Source: Candidatus Woesearchaeota archaeon (GTDB taxonomy: Archaea; Nanobdellota; Nanobdellia; Woesearchaeales; ARS49). From it: a DNA stretch of 24,000 nucleotides. Within the stretch, counting starts at the first letter, position 1, and each line of letters starts with the position of its first letter. Shown in pieces: positions 6,516-13,925 of the stretch. The DNA lies in assembly GCA_019322895.1 (NCBI GenBank), contig JAHWHZ010000003.1:1-24000 (forward strand), read 5' to 3'. Made by a program: the position numbers and the translations under genes. The notes beneath the pieces are model-generated. The model was given only the letters and a program-made list of their open reading frames with translations. It had not been told where the DNA came from and did not search any database.

Positions 6516-7271
6516 ATGAGAATCACCCCCGAATTGGCAGAAATGGCAGGCATTCATGCAGGAGATGGGTATTTACGCTATGCTGGCCGCAGAAAAGAAA
6601 TAGATATTAGTGGAGGAGTAGATGAAAAAGAGTATTACGATACTCACGTCATTCCATTGTTCAATAATTTTTTTGGTTTGGATATCCAAGGCAGACTATT
6701 CTTAACTAGAAACACATATGGCTTTGTGATTAGAAATAAGAGGATCATACAAATATTCAAGAAATTGGGGTTTCCTTCGGGAAAGAAATCAACTATTGTT
6801 AAATGCCCCACAATTATTCAGAACAGCAGTGATTTTGGTATTTTGCGGCGTTTTATTAGGGGGTATTTTGATACAGACGGCTCGCTGACTTTTGATAAAA
6901 AGATTTTTTTGCAAGATGCATTCAAAAAAACAAAGAATTTTTATCCGCGTTTGATGTTTACTTGTGCATCCAGGAATTTAACAGAAGATTTTTTAAAGAT
7001 TGTCCACAAATTAGGTTTTAAAGCAACTTGTTCAGTGCATTGCCCAAAGAAGACGACAGAAAGCATAAGATATAAGATGCAGTTAGTAGGAGTTAAGAAT
7101 TTAAACAAGTGGATAAAAGAAATAGGGACTAAGAATCCAACAAAGTATTCAAGATATTTAATTTGGAAAAAATTTGGTTTCTGCCCGCCAAATACGACAT
7201 ACAAGCAAAGGATTAATATATTAAAAGGCAATCTTAACCCTCATTCACTTTATGTAGGGCCTGTAGTCTAA
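6516..7271 (+). CDS. Free-standing double-motif LAGLIDADG homing-endonuclease-family protein
   Basis: Two LAGLIDADG motifs: LAEMAGIHAGDGYL (N-terminal) and ILRRFIRGYFDTDGSL (about 100 aa later). This is the architecture of monomeric enzymes such as I-DmoI. It is not embedded in an intron or intein within this window. Confidence 0.85.
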   Translation: MRITPELAEMAGIHAGDGYLRYAGRRKEIDISGGVDEKEYYDTHVIPLFNNFFGLDIQGRLFLTRNTYGFVIRNKRIIQIFKKLGFPSGKKSTIVKCPTIIQNSSDFGILRRFIRGYFDTDGSLTFDKKIFLQDAFKKTKNFYPRLMFTCASRNLTEDFLKIVHKLGFKATCSVHCPKKTTESIRYKMQLVGVKNLNKWIKEIGTKNPTKYSRYLIWKKFGFCPPNTTYKQRINILKGNLNPHSLYVGPVV

Positions 7272-7347
7272 TGGATAGGACGCGCGGCTTCGGAAAGCTA
7301 AGTCTTTAAGAAACCGTGAAATCGGGGTTCGAATCCCTGCAGGCCCA
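7257..7347 (+). tRNA. tRNA-Arg (anticodon UCG) with a 19-nt intron at the canonical 37/38 position (7294-7312)
   Basis: Hand fold. Acceptor GGGCCTG/CAGGCCC. D arm GTCT-AATGGATA-GGAC. Anticodon stem CGCGG/CCGTG with loop CU-UCG-G[intron]A. T arm CGGGG-TTCGAAT-CCCTG. Discriminator A; no encoded CCA. The intron region folds as a bulge-helix-bulge-like motif: CTT/AAG helix, CGG and AAA 3-nt bulges, AAAG/CTTT inner helix. Confidence 0.8.
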
Positions 7348-7356
7348 CTTTTTAAC

Positions 7357-7575
7357 ATGGAAATCAACAATCAAATCGCTTTGACAGTAATCAAATGGGT
7401 AATTGTCATCTTTGTAGCAGGCATAATAGGGCAGTTTGGAAAGTCCCTCACCCTGCATATTCTTGACTGGTGGAAGAAAAGAAAAGCAAAGACTGTCAAG
7501 CCGTCTAAAAAACTTTCCAAGCTTGAAAAGAAGCGGCAGAAAGCAGAGATCAAGAGATTAAAGAAGGGGAAGTGA
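7357..7575 (+). CDS. Hypothetical small membrane protein with a Lys-rich tail
   Basis: One predicted TM helix (IKWVIVIFVAGIIGQF) followed by a highly basic tail (KKRKAKTVKPSKKLSKLEKKRQKAEIKRLKKGK). It starts 10 nt after tRNA-Arg. I recognise no family. Confidence 0.4.
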   Translation: MEINNQIALTVIKWVIVIFVAGIIGQFGKSLTLHILDWWKKRKAKTVKPSKKLSKLEKKRQKAEIKRLKKGK

Positions 7576-7580
7576 AAAAC

Positions 7581-7588
7581 TTTATAAA
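7581..7588 (+). promoter_or_regulatory. TATA box (gaaaaacTTTATAAAg) for the downstream tRNA
   Basis: Consensus box 28 nt upstream of GGGGCT at 7617. This fits that position being the 5' end of the RNA. Confidence 0.5.
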
Positions 7589-7616
7589 GAGAACGCGATA
7601 TCTTTATCTTACTCTA

Positions 7617-7766
7617 GGGGCTTTTTAAGCTCCCCAGCACGGGTTCCCTTTCAGGGACGTGAAGCTATGGGGTAGCTTGGACCATCCTTTCTGGTTTGGG
7701 TAAGCGAAGAACATCTGCTTCGCAGCAAAAAACCAGATGACCCCGGTTCAAATCCGGGTAGCCCCA
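7617..7766 (+). tRNA. Candidate tRNA-Pro (anticodon UGG) interrupted by two introns: about 44 nt in the 5' acceptor strand (about 7623-7666) and 31 nt at 37/38 (7701-7731)
   Basis: The 3' half is unambiguous: T arm CCCGG-TTCAAAT-CCGGG, acceptor 3' strand TAGCCCC, discriminator A. Anticodon stem TCTGG/CCAGA with loop UU-UGG-G[31 nt]A; G37 fits tRNA-Pro. The complementary 5' acceptor GGGGCT sits at 7617-7622, and the 7th base plus U8 (ATG...) resume at 7667. D arm GGGT-AGCTTGGACC-ATCC. Caveats: my fold leaves one extra U between the D and anticodon stems, and the intron-1 junction is ambiguous because GCT is repeated at both ends. Confidence 0.55.
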
Positions 7767-7773
7767 TATTTTT
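7757..7773 (+). repeat. Direct repeat copy 1 (GGTAGCCCCATATTTTT): the last 10 nt of the tRNA plus 7 nt of trailer
   Basis: Exact 17-nt match to 7865-7881. Confidence 0.9.
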
Positions 7774-7864
7774 TTCTTGCGAATATCAGAAATAATATTC
7801 ACTTCGCACGTGCAGCCCTGTGCTGCACATCTTTGGATCCTAGCCTTTTGTAAAGGCTAGCTGT

Positions 7865-7881
7865 GGTAGCCCCATATTTTT
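7865..7881 (+). repeat. Direct repeat copy 2 (GGTAGCCCCATATTTTT)
   Basis: Exact 17-nt match to 7757-7773. The 91-bp spacer contains strong hairpins: GTGCAGC-cctgt-GCTGCAC and CTAGCCTTT-tgt-AAAGGCTAG. Confidence 0.9.
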
Positions 7882-7898
7882 ACCCATTTTTTTAGAAT

Positions 7899-8390
7899 TC
7901 AATCACTAACATTATACTCTTTTTTTATTTGTTTGATTGTTCTCTCTAATGCAATATAATCTTTTTCTGTTTTGTCTATTGCTTGTTCTTGATAATTTGC
8001 TCTTGCTTCTTCAAAAAGCGTGTTAAGGCTTAGCCGCAGTGATTTAAATACATCTGTCCAGAATCTTTTTCTTTGCTCGTCAGAATGGCAGGGGCCGTCG
8101 CTTCCTGACTGGAACCAGTCTGGCCGGAGTATCATGACTTCTTCTTCATTAAATCCTAGTTTTTTTGCTTCTTCTGCAATTGCTTCTCTCTCATCCCAAT
8201 TGTCAAACAAATGCTCTCCATAATCATTGTCTAATATGAATAATCTTCCTATCCAGACAACAGGGTTTGACTCCCACAAGTCAAGCTTGTCTGCAATATC
8301 TTTGTATTTCTTTGTAACGACAAAAGCGTCAATGCTTTCTTGATACTGGAATATCTTGATATAAGTGCGGTCTGCCTTCATTATTTGCAT
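7899..8390 (-). CDS. Hypothetical protein (163 aa)
   Basis: Clean ORF with typical local codon usage; I recognise no motif. The start could be the second Met (8381), judging from the spacing to the shared AT-rich promoter region. Confidence 0.5.
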   Translation of the reverse strand: MQIMKADRTYIKIFQYQESIDAFVVTKKYKDIADKLDLWESNPVVWIGRLFILDNDYGEHLFDNWDEREAIAEEAKKLGFNEEEVMILRPDWFQSGSDGPCHSDEQRKRFWTDVFKSLRLSLNTLFEEARANYQEQAIDKTEKDYIALERTIKQIKKEYNVSD

Positions 8391-8467
8391 TAAATCTTTT
8401 AAAGTATTTATTTTTTGTGTTCAGAGATACAAAAAATATTTATACTCATAAGAGAAAATCAGCTTTC

Positions 8468-9820
8468 ATGGATGCGGGCATTGTATATTCAAATGTTTCT
8501 ATCGACATCAAAAATACTTATATGATATACATAGGGGCATTTAAGTATCATAAAATTTGCAGGTTTTTCAGGAAGCCTTTGAGAAACAGGTATGGCAGGA
8601 AGGTTGAAATAATCTATGTCTTTGGAAGCTTTCCTCCGTCTTATTTTGAAGGCAAATATGTTGTATTGAACAGCAGATTAAAAAAGCTGAAAAATAACAG
8701 CAGCAATTGTTATTTTGACATCGGCTCTAAGAAACTCAACAAAGAAGCATCTAATTGCGATTATGTTAAAAAATTAATAAGAAAAATCCTGAAAAACCAG
8801 AAAGACCTTTTTATTTATCCGTTTAAGGACACCCCTGAATTGAATTTGCAGAAGCAGTTTGAAAATGTTCATCTGCTGGGGCCGAAGACAAACTTGTTTG
8901 CAAAATACAACAGCAAGCTTTTTCAGCACGAGCTGGCAGACGTCCTTGACATCCCCCAGCCAAGATGGTTTCTGGTTCACAGCAAGGCAGACCTGATAAC
9001 GATTTATTCTGACCATTTGAAGGGAAAAAAAGCATTTGTTTCCAAGCTCGAGGGTGCAGGCGGAAGCGGAAGCGCAGTCATTAATTCCAAGAAGGACATC
9101 TTGGACCATCCGCACATAAAGAAAGAGAACTGCAGGTATCTTATTTCTGAATTGGTCGACGTAAAAGTTTCGCCGTCGAGCGAGGCTATTGTCGCCAACA
9201 AGAACGAGATTTTCTTTAACGGCATCATGGACCAGATAATGAAAGGCCCGGATTATCTGGGTACTATCTATCCGTCGATAGTTAATGATAAACTCAAGAA
9301 ACTGATTGAACAATATACGATAAGAATAGGAAAATATATTGGAGAGCACGGCTACAGGGGCTTTTTCGGTGTTGATTTTATCGTGGACAAAAAAAACAGG
9401 CTTTATTTTGCAGAGATTAATCCAAGGACCTGCGGAAGCACATTGGAAAAAGTGTACATGCATGAAGTGACCAAGAAAAAGAATTTTCCTTCAATTCCAG
9501 AGCTTGAATTCAGGGCAGTCACCAGAAATACTTTTGGTTCATTGTCTTCTAAAAAAGTGAAGAAAGCGAATTTCAGCTGGGGCATCTTTAATGTCAAGGC
9601 AAGAAAAGGAAGAATGACCACAAGAGATGTTTTGCCGGAGTTTTCAGAACCAGCAGCATTCAAGAAATTAAAGACAACTATTCTTGATTTTCCCGGCAAA
9701 AATGTATTGTTTTATCATTCCGGCAGGCTCTGCAAGATATTGAGCGTAAAGCCGACAAGAAAAGAGGTCGAAGAAGAGCTGAAAGCAAGAAAAAAACAAG
9801 TCATTGATTATATTAAATAA
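8468..9820 (+). CDS. ATP-grasp fold enzyme (carboxylate-amine ligase type), specificity unknown
   Basis: AFVSKLEGAGGSGSAVI (Gly-rich loop) and GYRGFFGVDFIVDKKNRLYFAEINPRTCGS (the ATP-grasp Mg/ATP motif, E-x-N-P-R). The start is set at the ATG at 8468 (MDAGIVY), 22 nt after the TATA-like TTTATACT at 8439-8446. The track uses a GTG at 8417 that would include the promoter. Confidence 0.7.
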   Translation: MDAGIVYSNVSIDIKNTYMIYIGAFKYHKICRFFRKPLRNRYGRKVEIIYVFGSFPPSYFEGKYVVLNSRLKKLKNNSSNCYFDIGSKKLNKEASNCDYVKKLIRKILKNQKDLFIYPFKDTPELNLQKQFENVHLLGPKTNLFAKYNSKLFQHELADVLDIPQPRWFLVHSKADLITIYSDHLKGKKAFVSKLEGAGGSGSAVINSKKDILDHPHIKKENCRYLISELVDVKVSPSSEAIVANKNEIFFNGIMDQIMKGPDYLGTIYPSIVNDKLKKLIEQYTIRIGKYIGEHGYRGFFGVDFIVDKKNRLYFAEINPRTCGSTLEKVYMHEVTKKKNFPSIPELEFRAVTRNTFGSLSSKKVKKANFSWGIFNVKARKGRMTTRDVLPEFSEPAAFKKLKTTILDFPGKNVLFYHSGRLCKILSVKPTRKEVEEELKARKKQVIDYIK

Positions 9821-9827
9821 AGAAAAG

Positions 9828-9835
9828 TTTATAAA
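9828..9835 (+). promoter_or_regulatory. TATA box (agaaaagTTTATAAAc) for proS
   Basis: Consensus box 24 nt upstream of the ATG at 9859 (leaderless spacing). Confidence 0.5.
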
Positions 9836-9858
9836 CAATAATCAAAACTGATTCTCTT

Positions 9859-11304
9859 ATGCCTGAAGAAAAGAAAGACATTGGAATCACTGTAAAAAAA
9901 TCCAAGGATGTCAGTGACTGGTATCAGCAGGTAATCCTGAAAGCAGAGCTTGCAGAATATACTGAAGTTTCTGGCTGTATGGTCTTAAGGCCGAGATCTT
10001 ATGCAATGTGGGAAAAAGTAAAGGAATATTTCAACAAGGCCCTGAAAAAAAGAGGGATACCTAATGCTTATTTTCCTTTGTTTATTCCGGAAAAATTCCT
10101 GATGAAAGAGTCTGAGCACGTTGAGGGCTTTACCCCAGAGGTTGCTTGGGTGACTCATTCAGGAGATACAGAGCTTGCAGAAAGGCTTGCAGTGCGGCCT
10201 ACGTCTGAGACAATAATGTATGATTCTTACTCTAAATGGATAAGGTCTTATAGAGACTTACCGTTAAGGCTTAACCAGTGGGCAAATGTTGTTAGATGGG
10301 AATTCAAGAACCCGATTCCTTTCTTGAGGACCAGGGAATTTTTATGGCAGGAAGGGCACACTGTCTTTGCAACAAAAAAAGAAGCAGAGGCAGAAGTGCT
10401 GGATATTTTAGAAGTTTACAGAAAATTGTTTGAAGATTTGTTTGCAATTCCTATGATCAAGGGAAGAAAATCAGACAAAGAAAAGTTTGCAGGAGCTGTC
10501 TATACGACGAGCATAGAGACTTTTCTTCCGACTGGAAAAGCTATCCAGGGAGGCACTTCTCATTTTCTCGGGCAGAACTTTTCTAAGGCGTTTAATATTA
10601 AATTTTTAGATAAAGACGAGAAAAACCAGTACGGCTGGCAGAACTCCTGGGGAATATCGACGAGAAGCATCGGTGTCATGATCTTGTTCCACGGAGACGA
10701 CAAGGGCCTGGTGACTCCTCCGGCAGTCGCTCCAACACATGCGGTTGTGGTACCTATATATACTAAGGACAAGGAAAAGATATTGAAAGAAGCAAAGAAA
10801 ATAGCAGGCAGCATTAAAGGATTTGAGGTTATTCTCGACGACAGGGATGAATTCACTCCTGGCTATAAGTTCAGCGACTGGGAGATGAAAGGCATTCCTG
10901 TAAGGATTGAGATCGGCCCGAAAGATATTGAGAAAAAACAAGTGGTTATGGTAAGAAGAGATACAGGAGAAAAAGCATTTGTTCCAATAAAAGACATCAA
11001 TACAAAATTAAAATCACTTCTAAAAGATATCCAGAAGAATTTATTGGCAAAAGCAAAAAAGTCATTGAAAGAAAATATAATCGACGTAAAGAACTGGGAT
11101 GAATTCTTGAAGGCAATAAAAAACAAGAAGATGGCCAGAGCGCCTTGGTGCGAGGAAACTGTGTGCGAGGACTGGATAAAAGATAAATCCGGAGGGGCAA
11201 AAAGCATAAACATTCCTTTTGACCAGCCAAAGAAGATCCCTGCAAAATGCGCTCATTGCGGCAAGCAGGCAAAATGCATCGCTTTATTTGCCAAGAGTTA
11301 TTAG
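9859..11304 (+). CDS. proS: Prolyl-tRNA synthetase, archaeal/eukaryote-like class IIa type with C-terminal Zn-binding domain
   Basis: Collinear with archaeal ProRS: FSDWYQQV-type N-terminus, LRPTSET (motif 2 region), RWEFKNPIPFLRTREFLWQEGHT, GGTSHFLGQNFSKAF, GDDKGLVTPPAVAP, and a C-terminal ...APWCEE..C...CAHCG cysteine cluster. Confidence 0.92.
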   Translation: MPEEKKDIGITVKKSKDVSDWYQQVILKAELAEYTEVSGCMVLRPRSYAMWEKVKEYFNKALKKRGIPNAYFPLFIPEKFLMKESEHVEGFTPEVAWVTHSGDTELAERLAVRPTSETIMYDSYSKWIRSYRDLPLRLNQWANVVRWEFKNPIPFLRTREFLWQEGHTVFATKKEAEAEVLDILEVYRKLFEDLFAIPMIKGRKSDKEKFAGAVYTTSIETFLPTGKAIQGGTSHFLGQNFSKAFNIKFLDKDEKNQYGWQNSWGISTRSIGVMILFHGDDKGLVTPPAVAPTHAVVVPIYTKDKEKILKEAKKIAGSIKGFEVILDDRDEFTPGYKFSDWEMKGIPVRIEIGPKDIEKKQVVMVRRDTGEKAFVPIKDINTKLKSLLKDIQKNLLAKAKKSLKENIIDVKNWDEFLKAIKNKKMARAPWCEETVCEDWIKDKSGGAKSINIPFDQPKKIPAKCAHCGKQAKCIALFAKSY

Positions 11305-11374
11305 TTACTCAATAGTAACAAATGTGCCATAAGCTTTATAAAGGATCGCTGATTTATCCTCTATAGGTGGATTT

Positions 11375-11860
11375 ATGATGATTAAGTTACCAAATACAGA
11401 ATTTCGCAGGTTATATTGGGAGAGCCTATTAGACTGTATTCAAGTTGTCGGCGAGCCAGAAGAAGCTATTGTTGTTGAACTTGAAAAAAAGCCTCTTGAA
11501 GATAATCTAGAAACAAATCTTGTTCTTAATGAAGACAATACTCTAGAAACAGTTCCTCATTATGCTCTTGATTCTTTTTATTTGAAAATCACGTCAGGCA
11601 AGACCGAATTTCATCCTTCGTATATGCTGGACGGAGAAAGAGAATATAATGACGATACAGCAAGATTTACATATTCCCAGGAAATATTTGCAGGACTTAA
11701 GCAGGAAATAAGTTCAAGATTATCAGACCTTTTGCAGGCTGCTAAAGAACTGAATTCAAAACTGTATCTGGACTCAAGCGAAGTCACAGAAGAGTTTATC
11801 GACAGGTTCATGAATTCAGAAGACGGATTGTGTTATATCAAAGAAAAAATTCTGGATTAA
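11375..11860 (+). CDS. Hypothetical acidic protein (161 aa)
   Basis: ORF preceded by the TATA TTTATAAA (11335-11342) and an AGGTGG at 11365-11370. I recognise no family. Confidence 0.5.
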   Translation: MMIKLPNTEFRRLYWESLLDCIQVVGEPEEAIVVELEKKPLEDNLETNLVLNEDNTLETVPHYALDSFYLKITSGKTEFHPSYMLDGEREYNDDTARFTYSQEIFAGLKQEISSRLSDLLQAAKELNSKLYLDSSEVTEEFIDRFMNSEDGLCYIKEKILD

Positions 11861-12606
11861 GCTTTGACATATTCTAATAAAGAGTCTGCCATTTTAATTC
11901 CGCGCGTAAATCTCAATTTGCTTTGTTTTTGGATTATTTCTCCGACAGCATTGAATGTTTCTTCATTTGCGTGTAAGAAGATCTCAAGTATGTTTGCAAA
12001 ATTTTCATAGTAATCAATTGACAGCATCGTTGTTTTTTGAAGCTTGTCAGCTTCTTCTATAGAGCTTTTTTCAGCGCGGTCCACAAGTATTTCATAAGCT
12101 CTCCATTCCTCTTCTAGTTTCTGTATTTTCTTGGCATTTTTTTCCTGCGCGGATTTAGGCAATCTTTGCTTGATTTCCGGCAGGTTAAGAACATTTTTTA
12201 CAGCATCAAGAAGTATCCTGTATTTGCTTGACACGCGGACAAAGTATTGCGTCATGACAGTATGATATTTTTCTCCAAGGTAAGAGATTACTTGCTTGGC
12301 AAGCAGGTTCAATCTTTCGCGCTCTTTGTTTATTGCGCGTATCTCTTTTGTATCTGGCTTTCTTTCTCTTGGTATTTCTCTTGTTTTGCCTCTGCTTATT
12401 GACTCTTCTAGTTTTTTGGCGCGCTCAGTTATCGTGCGCATCTGCAGCACTATATTTTTCAGGTATCCTGCTGTCTCTTTTCCAAAATAGACTGCATTGT
12501 AGATTGCATTGTCTTTTCTTTTTTCTTCGCTGGCCATGGCTGCAATAAGATTGTTTCTTGCTGTCTCAAGTTCTTTTACAACCTCTTTTTCTGCTATTGC
12601 TGGCAT
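11857..12606 (-). CDS. Hypothetical Lys/Glu-rich, probably coiled-coil protein (249 aa from the internal Met)
   Basis: Track ORF 11857..12702. The preferred start MPAIAEKEVVKEL is at 12606, because the upstream 96 nt is the AT-rich divergent promoter region. Heptad-like K/E-rich sequence; no family recognised. Confidence 0.5.
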   Translation of the reverse strand: MPAIAEKEVVKELETARNNLIAAMASEEKRKDNAIYNAVYFGKETAGYLKNIVLQMRTITERAKKLEESISRGKTREIPRERKPDTKEIRAINKERERLNLLAKQVISYLGEKYHTVMTQYFVRVSSKYRILLDAVKNVLNLPEIKQRLPKSAQEKNAKKIQKLEEEWRAYEILVDRAEKSSIEEADKLQKTTMLSIDYYENFANILEIFLHANEETFNAVGEIIQKQSKLRFTRGIKMADSLLEYVKA

Positions 12607-12691
12607 ACTGCTTGATTTTAGGTTTAAAGTTATTAAATCTTTTGCTTTATTAGAAAAATTTAAATAGCATTTATTTGTTCTATGCACTGGG

Positions 12692-12961
12692 GTGATTAAC
12701 ATGCCAGAAGAAGAAAGAAAACCAGTTGGAAAAATAACTCACTTTTTCCCTAAAATCAGTGTCGCAGTGATCAAGGCAGATGTGTTGCTGAAAAAAGGAG
12801 ACAAGATATCTATTGAAGGGCACGACAAGAAAGTAGAGATGACTCTTGAATCAATGCAGATAGAGCACAAGGATGTTGAAGAGATAAAGCCTGGGGAAGA
12901 AGCAGGAATGAAAGTTCCTGAAGATGTAAAAGAAGGCGACCTTGTTTACAAGGCAGAATAA
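12692..12961 (+). CDS. Small beta-barrel protein resembling EF-Tu domain 2 (translation-factor-like domain protein)
   Basis: VGKITHFFPKISVAVIKADVLLKKGDKISIEG....MTLESMQIEHKDVEEIKPGEEAGMKVPEDVKEGDLVYK follows the pattern of stand-alone EF-Tu domain-2-like proteins (G-x-V-x-x-F...GD-x-I-x-I-x-G...S-M-Q...V-x-x-A-x-x-G...GD-x-V-Y). The start is either the GTG at 12692 or the ATG at 12701. Confidence 0.55.
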   Translation: MINMPEEERKPVGKITHFFPKISVAVIKADVLLKKGDKISIEGHDKKVEMTLESMQIEHKDVEEIKPGEEAGMKVPEDVKEGDLVYKAE

Positions 12962-12966
12962 TTTTT

Positions 12967-13761
12967 TTAAACAGTCGGGCGGGATGTTATGTAAGGCATC
13001 ATCGCCTGTTTTAATTCTCCTTCACAGGTTCCAAGCATTCCAGACAATGTATTGATGTATAATGGGCTGAAATCATTTGGAGCATACATGCAGTACATGC
13101 TCTTGCCCAGGAATGCCTCAACTATTTCTTGCGGCTCATCTGGAGCGAGTTTAACGACTGTCTTTTTCAGCACGCAGTTGTTTGTTTCATACTGGACTGT
13201 TGTTCCTTCTATTATGTTAGAGAATGTTGCTGCCTGGCAGGCATCTGCGTGCCTGACAAAACAGGCCTCTGTTGCGCATGCTGCAGGCATCATCCAGATT
13301 ATCACTCCGATTATCGCAAAGAATAATATCAAGAACACACCTGCCATTATTTTTATGAAAAGCCTGTTCTGTCCTGGTTTTTTAGATACTTTTTTCGGCT
13401 TGACTTTTTTTGGTTTTGGCGGCGGCGGTATTTTTTTAAGAGCAGGTTTCTTTGGTGCTGGCGCAAATAATTTCTTGAACAATGATTCTTTTGGTTTCTT
13501 TGCAGCAGGCTTAGGTTTTGGCGGCGGTGGTATTGGTTTAGGAACAGGTTTCTTTGGCTCAGGCTTTTTAACTTCTTTTGCCTCAAACATTTTTTCAAAA
13601 AAGCCTTTCTTGCGCACACCCAGGTCTATAAATGCCTTGTTTATGGATTGTTTGTCAAAACCAGCATGCAGTAATGCAGTTTCAATCTCTCTAACAGAAT
13701 AATTTTTCTTTAACTGCGCCTTGATATGCTTTTTTAATGATTGCATGAATTCTGGTTCCAT
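12967..13761 (-). CDS. Hypothetical bitopic membrane protein: small N-terminal domain, Pro/Lys-rich linker, TM helix, Cys-containing extracytoplasmic domain
   Basis: KKPEPKKPVPKPIPPPPKPKPAAKKPK...KKIPPPPKPKKVKPKK linker; TM helix IMAGVFLILFFAIIGVIIWMM; C-terminal domain with 7 Cys (ACATEACFVRHADAC...). Divergently arranged with the giant ORF. Confidence 0.6.
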   Translation of the reverse strand: MEPEFMQSLKKHIKAQLKKNYSVREIETALLHAGFDKQSINKAFIDLGVRKKGFFEKMFEAKEVKKPEPKKPVPKPIPPPPKPKPAAKKPKESLFKKLFAPAPKKPALKKIPPPPKPKKVKPKKVSKKPGQNRLFIKIMAGVFLILFFAIIGVIIWMMPAACATEACFVRHADACQAATFSNIIEGTTVQYETNNCVLKKTVVKLAPDEPQEIVEAFLGKSMYCMYAPNDFSPLYINTLSGMLGTCEGELKQAMMPYITSRPTV

Positions 13762-13866
13762 ATTTTTTTTAAATAACAGTTTTGCTTAAAAGAGTTTGTT
13801 ACCCCTCAAAAGAAAAAAATATGCTATGTCTGTTTTGCGGATAATATACAGCAAAAAATCGATATA

Positions 13867-13874
13867 TTTATATA
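13867..13874 (+). promoter_or_regulatory. TATA box (gatataTTTATATAtag) plus GGGGGAT Shine-Dalgarno (13913-13919) for the giant ORF
   Basis: The TATA box lies about 52 nt upstream of the TTG at 13926. The SD GGGGGAT lies 7-13 nt upstream of that TTG and has the same sequence as the albA SD. Confidence 0.45.
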
Positions 13875-13925
13875 TAGTTATTGCAAAATTCTTCTTAATT
13901 GGGTTGAAAAAAGGGGGATAGTGTA

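Noticed and set aside
7669-7766. Simple intron-at-37/38-only tRNA starting at GGGGTAG (7669)
   Set aside because: The acceptor pairing would contain an A-A mismatch. Only 12 nt would remain for the whole D arm, and the 5' end would lie 80 nt from the TATA box. The GGGGCT at 7617 pairs better and sits at the expected promoter distance.
7774-7864. The 91-bp spacer as a split-tRNA 3' half or a C/D-box sRNA
   Set aside because: There is no GTTCRAATC T-loop and no RUGAUGA or CUGA boxes; only generic hairpins are present.
8774-11272. Minus-strand ORFs inside the ATP-grasp and proS genes (8774..9463, 8823..9035, 9004..9228, 9403..9699, 10560..10856, 10606..10941, 10863..11213, 10997..11272, 11062..11256)
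   Set aside because: They are antisense to genes with strong family-level motifs and have no independent support.
7617-11304. Functional linkage of tRNA-Pro and proS (2 kb apart)
   Set aside because: They are separated by two unrelated genes on both strands and have independent promoters, so this is most likely coincidence.
1868-12702. N-terminal extensions of track ORFs (1868 for eS17, 3309 for P2, 5837 for P8, 8417 for ATP-grasp, 12702 for the coiled-coil protein, 1719 for the Cys protein)
   Set aside because: The extensions overlap neighbouring genes or promoter TATA boxes and break the conserved family N-termini. Internal starts with an SD or leaderless spacing are preferred.
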